A DNA stretch of 64,000 bases, from NCBI GenBank assembly GCA_022843855.1, contig JALHMV010000002.1, positions 14,496 to 78,495 of the forward strand. Direction: 5' to 3'. The position numbers and the translations under genes are program-made. Positions 1-8,326 of the stretch are shown one piece after another. Below the pieces are notes generated by a model. The model was not told where the DNA came from. It saw only the letters and a program-made list of their open reading frames with translations, and made no database searches. This DNA comes from Patescibacteria group bacterium. GTDB taxonomy: Bacteria > Patescibacteriota > UBA1384 > 2-12-FULL-50-11. The number at the start of each line of letters is the position of its first letter. Positions within the stretch are counted from its first letter, which is position 1.

Positions 1-690
1 CTGGCCACCAACGTCATCCAGCACTCGCATCTCCATGCTGTACGCCTCGACCTCTTCGAGGAAGTGATCCAGCTCACTATCCGGAGGCGGTGGACCGAAC
101 GCGGTAAACCGCGCCCAATGGAGCCCTTCGTGCAATGCCAGTACGCCGAGCCAGAGCAGGCTGAACTGGTCAGGATCACCCAAACCGATGGCGTTAACCT
201 CCGGTATATACGACGCGACGGATCGATGCGTCCCGTACACCTTACGCCAAGGTTCCGGGTCTTCTTTGAGGACGGGGACGAGCAGAACCCACGGTTCATT
301 CTCAAGACGATCGCCCCGAACGGTCGTTGGCGACGCAGCCAACTGCCCCTCGTAGATAAGCGGCGCACTGAGGATATAACCTCGGTGGAGCAACTCCCCA
401 ACTCGCCGAGCTTCGACGTCGTCTGTTCGCTTCAACACCGCATCGACCGAGGCCAGCACCTTCTTCATGACCTGCCGGCGCTTGGCCTGATGCGGATCGG
501 GCGGCGCCTTCGGCAGCGTTGATTGCGCCGTGTTGGACGAAGGAAGAGGACTGGGCTCTTTTTCTTGAGACAAGTTGCCTTTCGATCGGGAAGCCGAGTC
601 GGCGTTGGGCGGTTGGCTACCACAACCAACACCGCTCAGGCTGAGGACGAACGCGACGATGGCCGCGACACAAACCGGGATACTCTTCAT
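1..690 (-). CDS. Secreted HExxH (zinc metallopeptidase-like) protein, N-terminal 230 codons; the gene continues past the window start
   Basis: Stop-free minus-strand frame from an ATG (rc of 688-690) to the window edge. Translation starts MKSIPVCVAAIVAFVLSLSGVGCG, a signal-peptide-like N-terminus, and contains an HEGLH motif. The + strand ORF 64..522 is Arg-rich, typical of antisense. Absent from the ORF track because it is truncated. Confidence 0.5.
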   Translation of the reverse strand, partial: MKSIPVCVAAIVAFVLSLSGVGCGSQPPNADSASRSKGNLSQEKEPSPLPSSNTAQSTLPKAPPDPHQAKRRQVMKKVLASVDAVLKRTDDVEARRVGELLHRGYILSAPLIYEGQLAASPTTVRGDRLENEPWVLLVPVLKEDPEPWRKVYGTHRSVASYIPEVNAIGLGDPDQFSLLWLGVLALHEGLHWARFTAFGPPPPDSELDHFLEEVEAYSMEMRVLDDVGGQ

Positions 691-788
691 GTAAACCTGC
701 AAGGCTGCCTGATGCAGTCACGCGAATTCTAGCAGTCGGTCGGAGACAGGTCAAGTACGCAGACGGCGCTAAAATAGGTATTGAGCGC

Positions 789-818
789 TTGTTCAGGTAC
801 AACCCTTTAGGGTAAAAT
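789..818 (+). promoter_or_regulatory. Sigma70-like promoter candidate (TTGTTC-18-TAAAAT) upstream of the intron-containing tRNA
   Basis: Hexamers read directly from the sequence. The -10 ends about 28 nt before the tRNA 5' end. Confidence 0.25.
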
Positions 819-846
819 TCACTGTAGTTTCGCATCTTATTTACAT

Positions 847-1146
847 TCCGGAGTAGCTCAGCGGTAGAGCAGTGCGCTGTAGACTTAATTTGCAGCCCGC
901 GAGGGAAACGTCGCGGTGAACATTGGGAGGATTGCGGGAAGCCTAAAGTCTGAGAATGGCGATGGTAATCCGCAGCCGAGCCTTGTTCCATACGTCATAT
1001 ATGTCTTATGGTCGGGGAAGGTTCAGAGGCCATGCACCCAACAGCTAAGGCGAAAGCTAAGCTGAAGAGATGGTCCACGCCATTTGGAAACAAGTGGGTT
1101 GCGTGTAACGCATTGGTCGTCGGTTCGAATCCGACCTCCGGAGCCA
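847..1146 (+). tRNA. tRNA with an interrupted anticodon loop, most parsimoniously tRNA-Asn(GUU). Exon 1 is 847..880, the intron 881..1105, exon 2 1106..1146; CCA is encoded
   Basis: The 5' part is canonical: acceptor TCCGGAG, U8 A9, D-arm GCTC/AGCGGTA/GAGC, anticodon-stem 5' strand GTGCG, loop start CUGU. The 3' part is canonical: loop end UAA, CGCAU (closes the stem with one G-U pair), a 5-nt variable loop TGGTC, T-arm GTCGG TTCGAAT CCGAC, acceptor CTCCGGA, discriminator G, CCA. The acceptor strands pair perfectly. Confidence 0.6.
881..1105 (+). ncRNA. Putative group I self-splicing intron (225 nt) between anticodon-loop positions 35 and 36
   Basis: The 5' exon ends in U, the intron ends in G (omega G). 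The intron segment GCAG at 892-895 can pair with exon CUGU, giving a P1 helix with the U-G wobble at the splice site. GAAA-capped hairpins are present (CCGCGAGGGAAACGTCGCGG) and the sequence resembles the P7/P9 regions of known bacterial tRNA introns. No coding capacity; ORF 1008..1199 lies inside it. Confidence 0.5.
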
Positions 1147-1443
1147 AACAAAAAATCTTCTTAATGGCGGGTTCTTTGTTTTGTTTGGGAGACGATTGAG
1201 CCGACCAGCCGAAGGCTTTGTCGGTGCGGATTCAAGCGAGTAGTAGCGAGCGAGAATCTAGTCGCCTTAGCGACGATCCTCCGACCTCCAGAGCAAATAA
1301 ATCTAGTGAATTCAGTGCCGGGCACAGACCGACCCCTGCGTGACAAGCATCGGTGTTTCGTCTATGGCTCTTTTTGCCTTGGGGGGTCAAGGCCATGGTG
1401 GCACCGACCTTGGTCATTTTGCGAAAGTATCTATAGTTAAGAC

Positions 1444-2763
1444 ATGCGCAATAAACTTTTGATTGTTCTTGGTGTTGTCGGTACCCTGATCGTTATTGGG
1501 ATCGTAATCGCCATAACCGCGAAAAAAGATAAATCGACGACTAACTCCCCAACCGGGACTGAAGCAACGGGGTCATCGGAGAATTCAGATTTTGTCGGCA
1601 TGACTGGCGACTGTAAACCGCTCGACAGCAATCAATGGTACCGAACAGATGCCACCCTGACCGTTAGTCCGACTAACGACCAAATCATCGGTGTCTTTGT
1701 TGAGAAACGAGGCTTCTTCCGCTCGATCGATGGCGGCCAAACCTGGAAATACCTCTCGAAGGGCATTAAGGGCTTTCAATCTTCAGACACGCCTGAGGGG
1801 CGACCATGCTACCTCGAGTTCCGAGCCGCCCACATCGGCGACACCAACCCAGAGCGCTTACTGCTTGGGGCGCTTGGTGACTTTGGAACGATCACTTCGG
1901 CCTTCAACAAAGCCGGTGGCTTGCTCGAGAGTACAGATGGAGGTACTACTTGGAACCAAATCCTCACCGACGGCCTCAATGCGTACGTACACGGCATCGC
2001 TGTTGACCCAACCAACCCAGACGTTATCTACTACGTCACTTCCAACCAAAAAGGAATGAGCCAAACCGAATCACTATTAAAAAAAGGCCTGGTCTACAAG
2101 ACAACCAATGGCGGCAAGACCTGGGAAGAGCTACCAACCGGATTGGCCGAGAATACGGCTGGACAAGAAATATTTATTGACCCGGCCAACCCAAGCCGTC
2201 TGGTCGTTGCGACTGCGACTTTTAGTGGCGTGCCCGGCAGCCGAACAGCGGCAGAGCAGGCACTCGGTATTTTAGTCACCGAAGATGGCGGCCTAACGTG
2301 GCAAAGCTTTAAGAGTATTCCGACCGGGGAAGCAATCTTAGAGAGCTTCGCTGCGCCAACCAAAATTGAGCATATGTACTTCTCAATTATGAGCGATGCT
2401 GGGTCCAAGAGTTACTACTCCAAGGACATGGGTAAGACCGTGACCAAATCCGGTATGGCGATGGACGTAGTTGCCTACGACCCAAGCGACACTACCGGCA
2501 ACAAAATGCTCGGATATTCCTGGCAATCGGGTAGTAAAAGCATTTTTGAAAGCACTAACGCCGGTGCGACTTGGCAAGTAAAGGGGGCGATTCCGACGGA
2601 TATCACTAACATCCAAGATCCCAAGCAACGTATTTCGAAGATTGTGATCAGCAAAACCAACAGTAAGACTGTGTACATGTCTGGAGCTGACGCTAAAGTC
2701 TGGGGCTCTACAGATGGTGGCTTAACGTGGACGAGCCTCTTGTCGCTTGAGAAGCTCCCCTGA
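1444..2763 (+). CDS. BNR/Asp-box repeat beta-propeller protein with an N-terminal membrane anchor
   Basis: N-terminal hydrophobic helix. At least six S/T-x-D-G-G-x-T-W Asp-box motifs (SIDGGQTW, STDGGTTW, TTNGGKTW, TEDGGLTW, STNAGATW, STDGGLTW). Paralog of 9950..11281. Confidence 0.75.
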   Translation: MRNKLLIVLGVVGTLIVIGIVIAITAKKDKSTTNSPTGTEATGSSENSDFVGMTGDCKPLDSNQWYRTDATLTVSPTNDQIIGVFVEKRGFFRSIDGGQTWKYLSKGIKGFQSSDTPEGRPCYLEFRAAHIGDTNPERLLLGALGDFGTITSAFNKAGGLLESTDGGTTWNQILTDGLNAYVHGIAVDPTNPDVIYYVTSNQKGMSQTESLLKKGLVYKTTNGGKTWEELPTGLAENTAGQEIFIDPANPSRLVVATATFSGVPGSRTAAEQALGILVTEDGGLTWQSFKSIPTGEAILESFAAPTKIEHMYFSIMSDAGSKSYYSKDMGKTVTKSGMAMDVVAYDPSDTTGNKMLGYSWQSGSKSIFESTNAGATWQVKGAIPTDITNIQDPKQRISKIVISKTNSKTVYMSGADAKVWGSTDGGLTWTSLLSLEKLP

Positions 2764-2830
2764 ACCGGACTTAACAAACTCACCATCATCAGAACTCGAC
2801 AGAACAACACGCGACGTGTAGATTCTGCCT

Positions 2831-3178
2831 ATGCGATTCATCGATCGGCAGCATCCGGTTTCGCTCGCCCAACTTCAAGACCTAGCCAACGAGCATTTTG
2901 CCGGAGAGTTAGTCAAGGCGGTTGTCGATATCGAGAAGGGCGTGATGGGTATCGGCGGATCCATGCACGCCGACGTGGTTGCGCTGCTCCTCGAGCAAAG
3001 ATCAGCGCAACCGAATCTCTGGGGAATCAACCTCCGTCCGAACGACGAGGAGTTTATCGAGTTTGACTCGATGATCAATATTCGCCCCACTCAGAACAAT
3101 CGATCACGCGGGGTAGAGGACGAGAAGATCCAACGACAAATCAGAGCAATTGTGGCGGAGTTGGTAAGCGATGCATGA
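2831..3178 (+). CDS. Hypothetical protein (resembles the DUF5674-type family, from memory); first gene of a coupled three-gene unit
   Basis: 115-aa ORF. Its stop overlaps the next start in ATGCATGA. The GIGGSMHAD and EFIEFDSMINIRP motifs are recalled from a conserved hypothetical family. Confidence 0.55.
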   Translation: MRFIDRQHPVSLAQLQDLANEHFAGELVKAVVDIEKGVMGIGGSMHADVVALLLEQRSAQPNLWGINLRPNDEEFIEFDSMINIRPTQNNRSRGVEDEKIQRQIRAIVAELVSDA

Positions 3179-3494
3179 TTGGCAGACCAAATCTATCCAC
3201 TACCAGCTGGGCAATATCGGCAGCGAGATCGGACGGGCGCTGAAGTGGCAACAGACCGCCCCTCAAAAAGCAGTCGCCGCCGCGGAGCGAGCGCTCGAGT
3301 TGATCGATTGGTCACTCGCTGACCGACGTAATACGGCCTTTCTTAAGGAGTTAGCGCGGATTCGAGAGGTGTTTGCCGATTCATTTTTCGGCACCAACCA
3401 ATATGACCAAACCCAAGAAAGTTGGGATCGGTATTTTTTCCCGTACGCATTGGTAGCCAATCAACGGTTACCGAACGCATCGATCGAGCAATGA
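3171..3494 (+). CDS. Hypothetical protein, middle gene of the coupled three-gene unit
   Basis: 107-aa ORF. Start overlaps the upstream stop; its own stop overlaps the downstream ATG (ATGA). Confidence 0.5.
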   Translation: MHDWQTKSIHYQLGNIGSEIGRALKWQQTAPQKAVAAAERALELIDWSLADRRNTAFLKELARIREVFADSFFGTNQYDQTQESWDRYFFPYALVANQRLPNASIEQ

Positions 3495-3817
3495 AAAAAA
3501 TCTATAACAAATTAGTGCGAGACAAAATCCCAGAGATATGCCGCGCCAACGGCGCCGAACCTGAAATACGGATCCTTCCGCAAAAAGAATACCGTCTCGA
3601 ATTGCGTAAGAAACTAGCCGAAGAGGTGGCAGAATACCGAACGGACGGGACGCTCGAAGAGTTGGCCGACATCCTGGAGTTGGTTATCGCCAACGCCGAA
3701 GCCAACGGCGATTCTCTGGCAGCGCTTGAGAAGATTCGCCTCAAGAAAGCCGAGCAACGGGGCCGTTTCAAGAAAAGGATCTTCCTTATCGCAACGGTAG
3801 AAGATAGAATCAAATAA
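3491..3817 (+). CDS. MazG-like/HisE-like nucleoside triphosphate pyrophosphohydrolase (YpjD-like small family)
   Basis: N-terminal MKKIYNKLVRDKIPEI is the hallmark of this small pyrophosphohydrolase family, together with an acidic EELADILE helix. The start is chosen at the ATG overlapping the upstream stop, not the longer 3422 ORF. Confidence 0.65.
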   Translation: MKKIYNKLVRDKIPEICRANGAEPEIRILPQKEYRLELRKKLAEEVAEYRTDGTLEELADILELVIANAEANGDSLAALEKIRLKKAEQRGRFKKRIFLIATVEDRIK

Positions 3818-3834
3818 TAGAAAGGGGATTGCTT

Positions 3835-4116
3835 ATGAGTTGTCCTGTTTGTAACGAAAACTTGCTGATGAGCGAACGCCACGGGGTAGAGATCGACTAC
3901 TGTCCGAAGTGTCGCGGTATTTGGCTCGATCGCGGTGAGCTTGACAAGCTGTTGTCGCTCTCCGAACAGCACGGTCAATCGCGTACTAAAGAGTTCGAGT
4001 CAGAGGCGCCGCCGACCCCTCGAGATCACGGCCACAGAGACGACAGCGACGATCGTCATCACCGACGACCGCAGCGCAAGCGCGAATCGTGGCTTGGCGA
4101 TATTCTTGATTTTTAG
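3835..4116 (+). CDS. Zinc-ribbon protein (zf-TFIIB-like CPxC...CPxC, GxWLDxGEL) with a His/Arg/Asp-rich tail ending in an LGDILDF-type C-terminus
   Basis: Motifs CPVC...CPKCRGIWLDRGELDKL. RBS AAAGGGGA lies 7 nt upstream of the ATG at 3835. Confidence 0.6.
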   Translation: MSCPVCNENLLMSERHGVEIDYCPKCRGIWLDRGELDKLLSLSEQHGQSRTKEFESEAPPTPRDHGHRDDSDDRHHRRPQRKRESWLGDILDF

Positions 4117-4155
4117 TCGTTTCGGTTGATCGACATCAAACCGCCCAGACCTAGC

Positions 4156-4281
4156 CTAAGCCTCGGCGGCGGCCGGTCGTCGAACTACGCAATGCTCGCA
4201 ATCGATACAGACGCCGTGATCGCAAGTACAATGCAGCGTGTGATCGCCGTGGGCTTCACAATCGGTGCACTCGCACGTCAT
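4156..4281 (-). CDS. Candidate 41-aa Cys/His-rich small protein (MTCECTDCEAHGDHTLHCTCDHGVCIDCEHCVVRRPAAAEA)
   Basis: 9 Cys and 6 His in 41 residues, with a purine-rich GGAAGAAAAG stretch ahead of the ATG. A 35-aa hydrophobic ORF (4191..4298) lies antisense on the + strand. Neither is in the ORF track because both are under 60 aa. Confidence 0.25.
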   Translation of the reverse strand: MTCECTDCEAHGDHTLHCTCDHGVCIDCEHCVVRRPAAAEA

Positions 4282-4407
4282 TTTCTTTTCTTCCATGCAT
4301 GAAGCGTAGCAGTTGCTCGGCTGATCGCAAGCGGACGCGTCACCAAATCAACGAAGCGGTCGTCAAAGCTAGTTGTCAGCCCTTACCAGGTGCTAGAATA
4401 GACGGAG

Positions 4408-4710
4408 ATGATCAGACAGTCGATCGCCGGCGGGACCGCCCATAGACTTCCGGTCGATCTCAAAAAAGTCCTCGCCGCCGACAACGCGGCACTGACCAAG
4501 TGGGAAAGCCTGACACCGCTCGCTCGCAACGAGTGGATCTGCTGGGTCGAATTCGTCAAACAAGAAAAGACCCGCCAAGAGCATCTCGCCCGCGTCGTCC
4601 CGGAGCTCAAAGCCGGCAAGCGCCGACCGTGCTGCTGGATCGGCTGCACTCACCGCACCGATAAGCCGCTCAACCCGACGCAGCAACGCCTGACCAACGC
4701 CGGTCGTTGA
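4408..4710 (+). CDS. YdeI/OmpD-associated family protein (short form)
   Basis: Pattern W-x-SLTP-x-ARNEWI-x-WV-x-KQE-x-TR is typical of that family. TAGAAT -10 and a GGAG RBS lie upstream. Confidence 0.55.
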   Translation: MIRQSIAGGTAHRLPVDLKKVLAADNAALTKWESLTPLARNEWICWVEFVKQEKTRQEHLARVVPELKAGKRRPCCWIGCTHRTDKPLNPTQQRLTNAGR

Positions 4711-4804
4711 CTTGCTATCGACCGTCGAGAGCGAACTATCCCTGGTGAGGCTGTCTGACCTCCGCCGGAGCGGCCGAGCCACGCTCGACTCCTGATCATT
4801 GATT

Positions 4805-4835
4805 TTGACAGGTATCGCGGGTTCGGCCTTAATAG
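4805..4835 (+). promoter_or_regulatory. Promoter candidate TTGACA-19-TAATAG upstream of the giant beta-helix gene
   Basis: Read directly. The spacing is slightly long. Confidence 0.2.
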
Positions 4836-4858
4836 AAGTATGTCCTCACGCCAAACAA

Positions 4859-7800
4859 ATGGATAAACAGCTACTCAATCGAAAGCGCCTTCGCGTTCTG
4901 GCCGGAGCGGCAGGCGGCGCGTTAGTCGTGATCCTTGTCGCGACCGGGCTATGGTTTCGGGGCGACCAAGAGAACAACAACCTCGCCCAGATCGGAGCCC
5001 CGATCGTCTTTCGAACCAACACTAGCGTTGAGCCAGGTGACACCATCAACGTTATCGGCTCGTTTAACGAGACGGCGCGCGTCTTTTTTCAGGTCATTAC
5101 GAACACCGGTCAGCGAGGGCCTGAACAGAGCTTATCGATCAATAATCAGAGCGGATCGCTTATCCAAGCCGTTCTCCCAGCAGACATTGACGGTTCGTTT
5201 CTTGGCGTGGTCAAGGTAAGGCAAACCGTCGGGTCGGTTGAGAACGTTGAGAGTAACGAACTACTGATCAACGCCCCTCAAGTCAACCACTTTATTACCG
5301 AAGACGTCGCCCCAGGCGAGACGCTTGATATCTTTGGTCGGGATCTCGTTCCCGATCGGGTCAGTACCAAGCGCTTCAGCGCCAGTCGTGTCTATTTTGA
5401 GCGAGACGGGCGACGATACGAAGCGCCGGTCATCAGCGGTGACTGGCTCCACCTTACGGTTCGCGTACCGAACAACCTTCCGCCAGCGAACGACTATCGT
5501 CTGATTATCTCAAACGGTTTGGGCGGCTCGGCAGGAGAAGTGGCAACCACCCGACCGTTATCGGCTGTCCGCGCTGGCACCGATGATAGTCTCGGGCTCG
5601 GAGTCAATTGGGCACGGGAGCTTGATTTTATCAACGATCAGAGTCGAACGATTAACGTCAAGACGGATGGACGCCTCATTGTCAGGGCGATCGGTGACGG
5701 CGTTGCCAACGATCTGCCTGCGTTGCAGGCGGCGATCGATCTTGCGAGCCAACTCGGTGGTGGCGTTGTGTTTGTTCCAGAAGGAACCTATCGTCTTGAT
5801 CTTAACGCCGGTAGTACGATCAGCCTCAAACAACGCGTCGTCGTGCGCGGCAGCGGTAAGGAGAAAACCCGGCTGGTCTACGGCAGCGTCGATCAACCCG
5901 ATAATAAGCGCCTCCTAACCTTCAACCAAGACGCTGATGGCGGACACGCGGGTCTGACAAGTCTGACAATCGAAAACATTAATCACCAAAACCCGAACCC
6001 CGCGCTCCGGGGGCTACCGTGGGCAACCGGCATCGATCTCGGAACCGCTGACTATATCTTTCTGCATCAGGTTCAATATCTGATGGGTAGTAACGACGGG
6101 CTTGGATCTGACTTTGTCAGCCGACTGTTGATTGCTGAGAGCGAATTTATTAATCGCCTCGCGCTCGATCGGAACGTCTTCAATTTTCGTGGCCATATTC
6201 CGCTACAGGCCGTCTCACCAGAACGCCAAAAGAGCGCTGGGCGCTACAACCTCATACGTAACAGCCGATTTGTCTATATCAACGACCGGTTTACCACGCT
6301 CGGTTGGCAAGATAGCGCGCTTATCGGCAACGAAATCACTCGCGATCTTCAGGCAAAGCCCGATCTCCAACGGCACACCGGCTGTTGCAGCGGCGGCTTG
6401 TCGTTCAACTTCAGTAACGATGCGTCGTTTATCGGCAACACCGTTCAGACGATTAACGGCTTCAACCGGCACGGCAATAACGACGGCGAAGGCATCGGCA
6501 GCGAACAGTGGACCGATTATCTCTGGCACCGAGGAACCGTCACGACAGCGACAGCGACGACGCTCGGTGACGCGTCGAGAAAATGGGACACCAGCAATCG
6601 CTGGCCGACGTACAACAACGGCAAAAACTTCGGCCAACCGAAACGAATCGGCACACCCGGATACAATCCGAGCACGGATTACAACAGCGATGGGATCGAC
6701 AGCGATATACCTGCCGATCTCCCGCCCGGTAGTCGGATCGTTCCGTGGGCGCACTACCAACAAGTGATCGTCGCAATTACCGATGGGCATGGCTTCGGCC
6801 AGTGGCGTCGCGTCGTAGGCCATAGTCCAACCGAGCTAACCGTCGACCGGCCGTGGGATGTGATACCTGACAAAACTAGCTCATACAAAGTACTAGTGGC
6901 GACCAATCTCGGTATCACTGTCGCCAATAACCAAGTCCGCGGCAGCGCTGTTGGGATTAATTTCTACGACGGAGTGATCGACTCGCTGATCGCCAATAAC
7001 ACGGTGATTGACGGCGGAGAGATTAGCATCCTGGCCAAAGACCTCCACGGCGGTTACGCGCACAAATCGTGTGACTTTATGGGACACGTTGACGGACCAT
7101 ATTCCCCGCTTCGACAAGCCGGTTTGCGGACCGAACTTGAAAACGTGCCGGCCGCCTACAACGATTGTACGATGCAATCGCTTTCCTGGGACAACGATTT
7201 GATCGGCAACCGAACAGAAAATACTACCGGCCTCTACGTTTCGAGAATCTTTCTCTTGGCGAACAATTTTATCAACGGGAGCGATCACGACGACCAGGAC
7301 TACGTGACCGACTGCAATAGCGACGGGCGCGTTGATTGGGCTGATGTACCGTGCAGCAACGATTATAAAAAGGACCTGCCGGCGCCGTCACACGGAAACG
7401 CGATACTCAATACGACGCTGCGACGTAACACAATCGTCGCTCACCCAACCGCGCTGATGGATAATAACTATCTGCGAAATATTCCGGGGAACGCCGCCAA
7501 GAACGCCGATATCGACTTTGCTTCGCGCGAGCGATTTTATATCGTCGCCGGCGGTTCGGCGCAAGGGATGGTACAAAACGTGCAAGCCGGCGCCAAGCAC
7601 ATCGTCGGGACAGTCCTCGACGACAACGTGATCACCAACTTCAGCGTCTCTGCTGACGACAGTGCCTACAGCTTTTCGCTTGGCACGGCTCAGACCTCCC
7701 TCAAAAGCGACCAACAGCCAGCTCAGTCGTACTGTTACCGAACTAATCTCGGTCGTTCGGACAATCGGGCGTCATCGATTCGATTGATCGTCACCGACCC

Positions 7801-8320
7801 GAGCCGAAAAAACAGTTATTACAAAGTGAGTCAGCCGTTTGTGACCGAATCCAACACGCTCGTTGCAGACGGATCTGGGATAATGATTGAACGCGACCCG
7901 GCGCACAATTTTCGTCTACGCTATCGGTACCAAATTTCCGACCGTCAGGATAACGGGGTCAACTGGTCGTATCAGCGCTGGGTACCTATCAATACTGGCC
8001 AAACGTACGACGTCTGGCAGAAAGTTCCAGGCTTTCTCTCTCGGAAGGTCACCAATGTTAACGCGGCCGAACTGATGGCGCCAGACAACTGTCAGAACAT
8101 CGCCCTGCGCCAGCCGCTCCTCCCCGGCGACTTTGATGGCGATGACAGTATCACCCGCGCCGACACCACGACCCTTATCAGTCAGTATCGTCGGCGCGGC
8201 AGCATCGAAGGTAACCACGTCGTATACAGGACGTACAACGGCCCGCCGACACTGAAAAACGTGGCCGACTTAATCCGTTTCCACAATAATCGCGCAACGG
8301 GCGACTCGTTCGTTCCGTGA
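4859..8320 (+). CDS. Very large secreted/surface protein (1154 aa): N-terminal anchor, right-handed parallel beta-helix (pectate-lyase-like) repeats, dockerin/EF-hand-like calcium-binding segments near the C-terminus
   Basis: ORF 4799..8320; the start is preferred at the ATG at 4859 (MDKQLLNRKRLRVLAGAAGGALVVILVATGLWF, a transmembrane segment). GGGVVFVPEGTYRLD and many NNxVxGS/IGNxI beta-helix repeats. DFDGDDSITRADTTTLISQY and DCNSDGRVDWADV are dockerin-like. Confidence 0.8.
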   Translation: MDKQLLNRKRLRVLAGAAGGALVVILVATGLWFRGDQENNNLAQIGAPIVFRTNTSVEPGDTINVIGSFNETARVFFQVITNTGQRGPEQSLSINNQSGSLIQAVLPADIDGSFLGVVKVRQTVGSVENVESNELLINAPQVNHFITEDVAPGETLDIFGRDLVPDRVSTKRFSASRVYFERDGRRYEAPVISGDWLHLTVRVPNNLPPANDYRLIISNGLGGSAGEVATTRPLSAVRAGTDDSLGLGVNWARELDFINDQSRTINVKTDGRLIVRAIGDGVANDLPALQAAIDLASQLGGGVVFVPEGTYRLDLNAGSTISLKQRVVVRGSGKEKTRLVYGSVDQPDNKRLLTFNQDADGGHAGLTSLTIENINHQNPNPALRGLPWATGIDLGTADYIFLHQVQYLMGSNDGLGSDFVSRLLIAESEFINRLALDRNVFNFRGHIPLQAVSPERQKSAGRYNLIRNSRFVYINDRFTTLGWQDSALIGNEITRDLQAKPDLQRHTGCCSGGLSFNFSNDASFIGNTVQTINGFNRHGNNDGEGIGSEQWTDYLWHRGTVTTATATTLGDASRKWDTSNRWPTYNNGKNFGQPKRIGTPGYNPSTDYNSDGIDSDIPADLPPGSRIVPWAHYQQVIVAITDGHGFGQWRRVVGHSPTELTVDRPWDVIPDKTSSYKVLVATNLGITVANNQVRGSAVGINFYDGVIDSLIANNTVIDGGEISILAKDLHGGYAHKSCDFMGHVDGPYSPLRQAGLRTELENVPAAYNDCTMQSLSWDNDLIGNRTENTTGLYVSRIFLLANNFINGSDHDDQDYVTDCNSDGRVDWADVPCSNDYKKDLPAPSHGNAILNTTLRRNTIVAHPTALMDNNYLRNIPGNAAKNADIDFASRERFYIVAGGSAQGMVQNVQAGAKHIVGTVLDDNVITNFSVSADDSAYSFSLGTAQTSLKSDQQPAQSYCYRTNLGRSDNRASSIRLIVTDPSRKNSYYKVSQPFVTESNTLVADGSGIMIERDPAHNFRLRYRYQISDRQDNGVNWSYQRWVPINTGQTYDVWQKVPGFLSRKVTNVNAAELMAPDNCQNIALRQPLLPGDFDGDDSITRADTTTLISQYRRRGSIEGNHVVYRTYNGPPTLKNVADLIRFHNNRATGDSFVP

Positions 8321-8326
8321 TCGACG

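Noticed and set aside
64-522. + strand ORF of 152 aa, Arg-rich
   Set aside because: It lies antisense to a much better stop-free minus-strand frame with a signal peptide and an HExxH motif. Its composition is typical of a shadow ORF.
1008-1199. 63-aa ORF
   Set aside because: It lies inside the putative group I intron and the tRNA 3' exon; no coding signal.
3422-3490. Longer start for the MazG-like gene (ORF track 3422)
   Set aside because: The ATG at 3491 overlaps the upstream stop (ATGA) and begins exactly at the conserved MKKIYNKLVRDKIPEI N-terminus.
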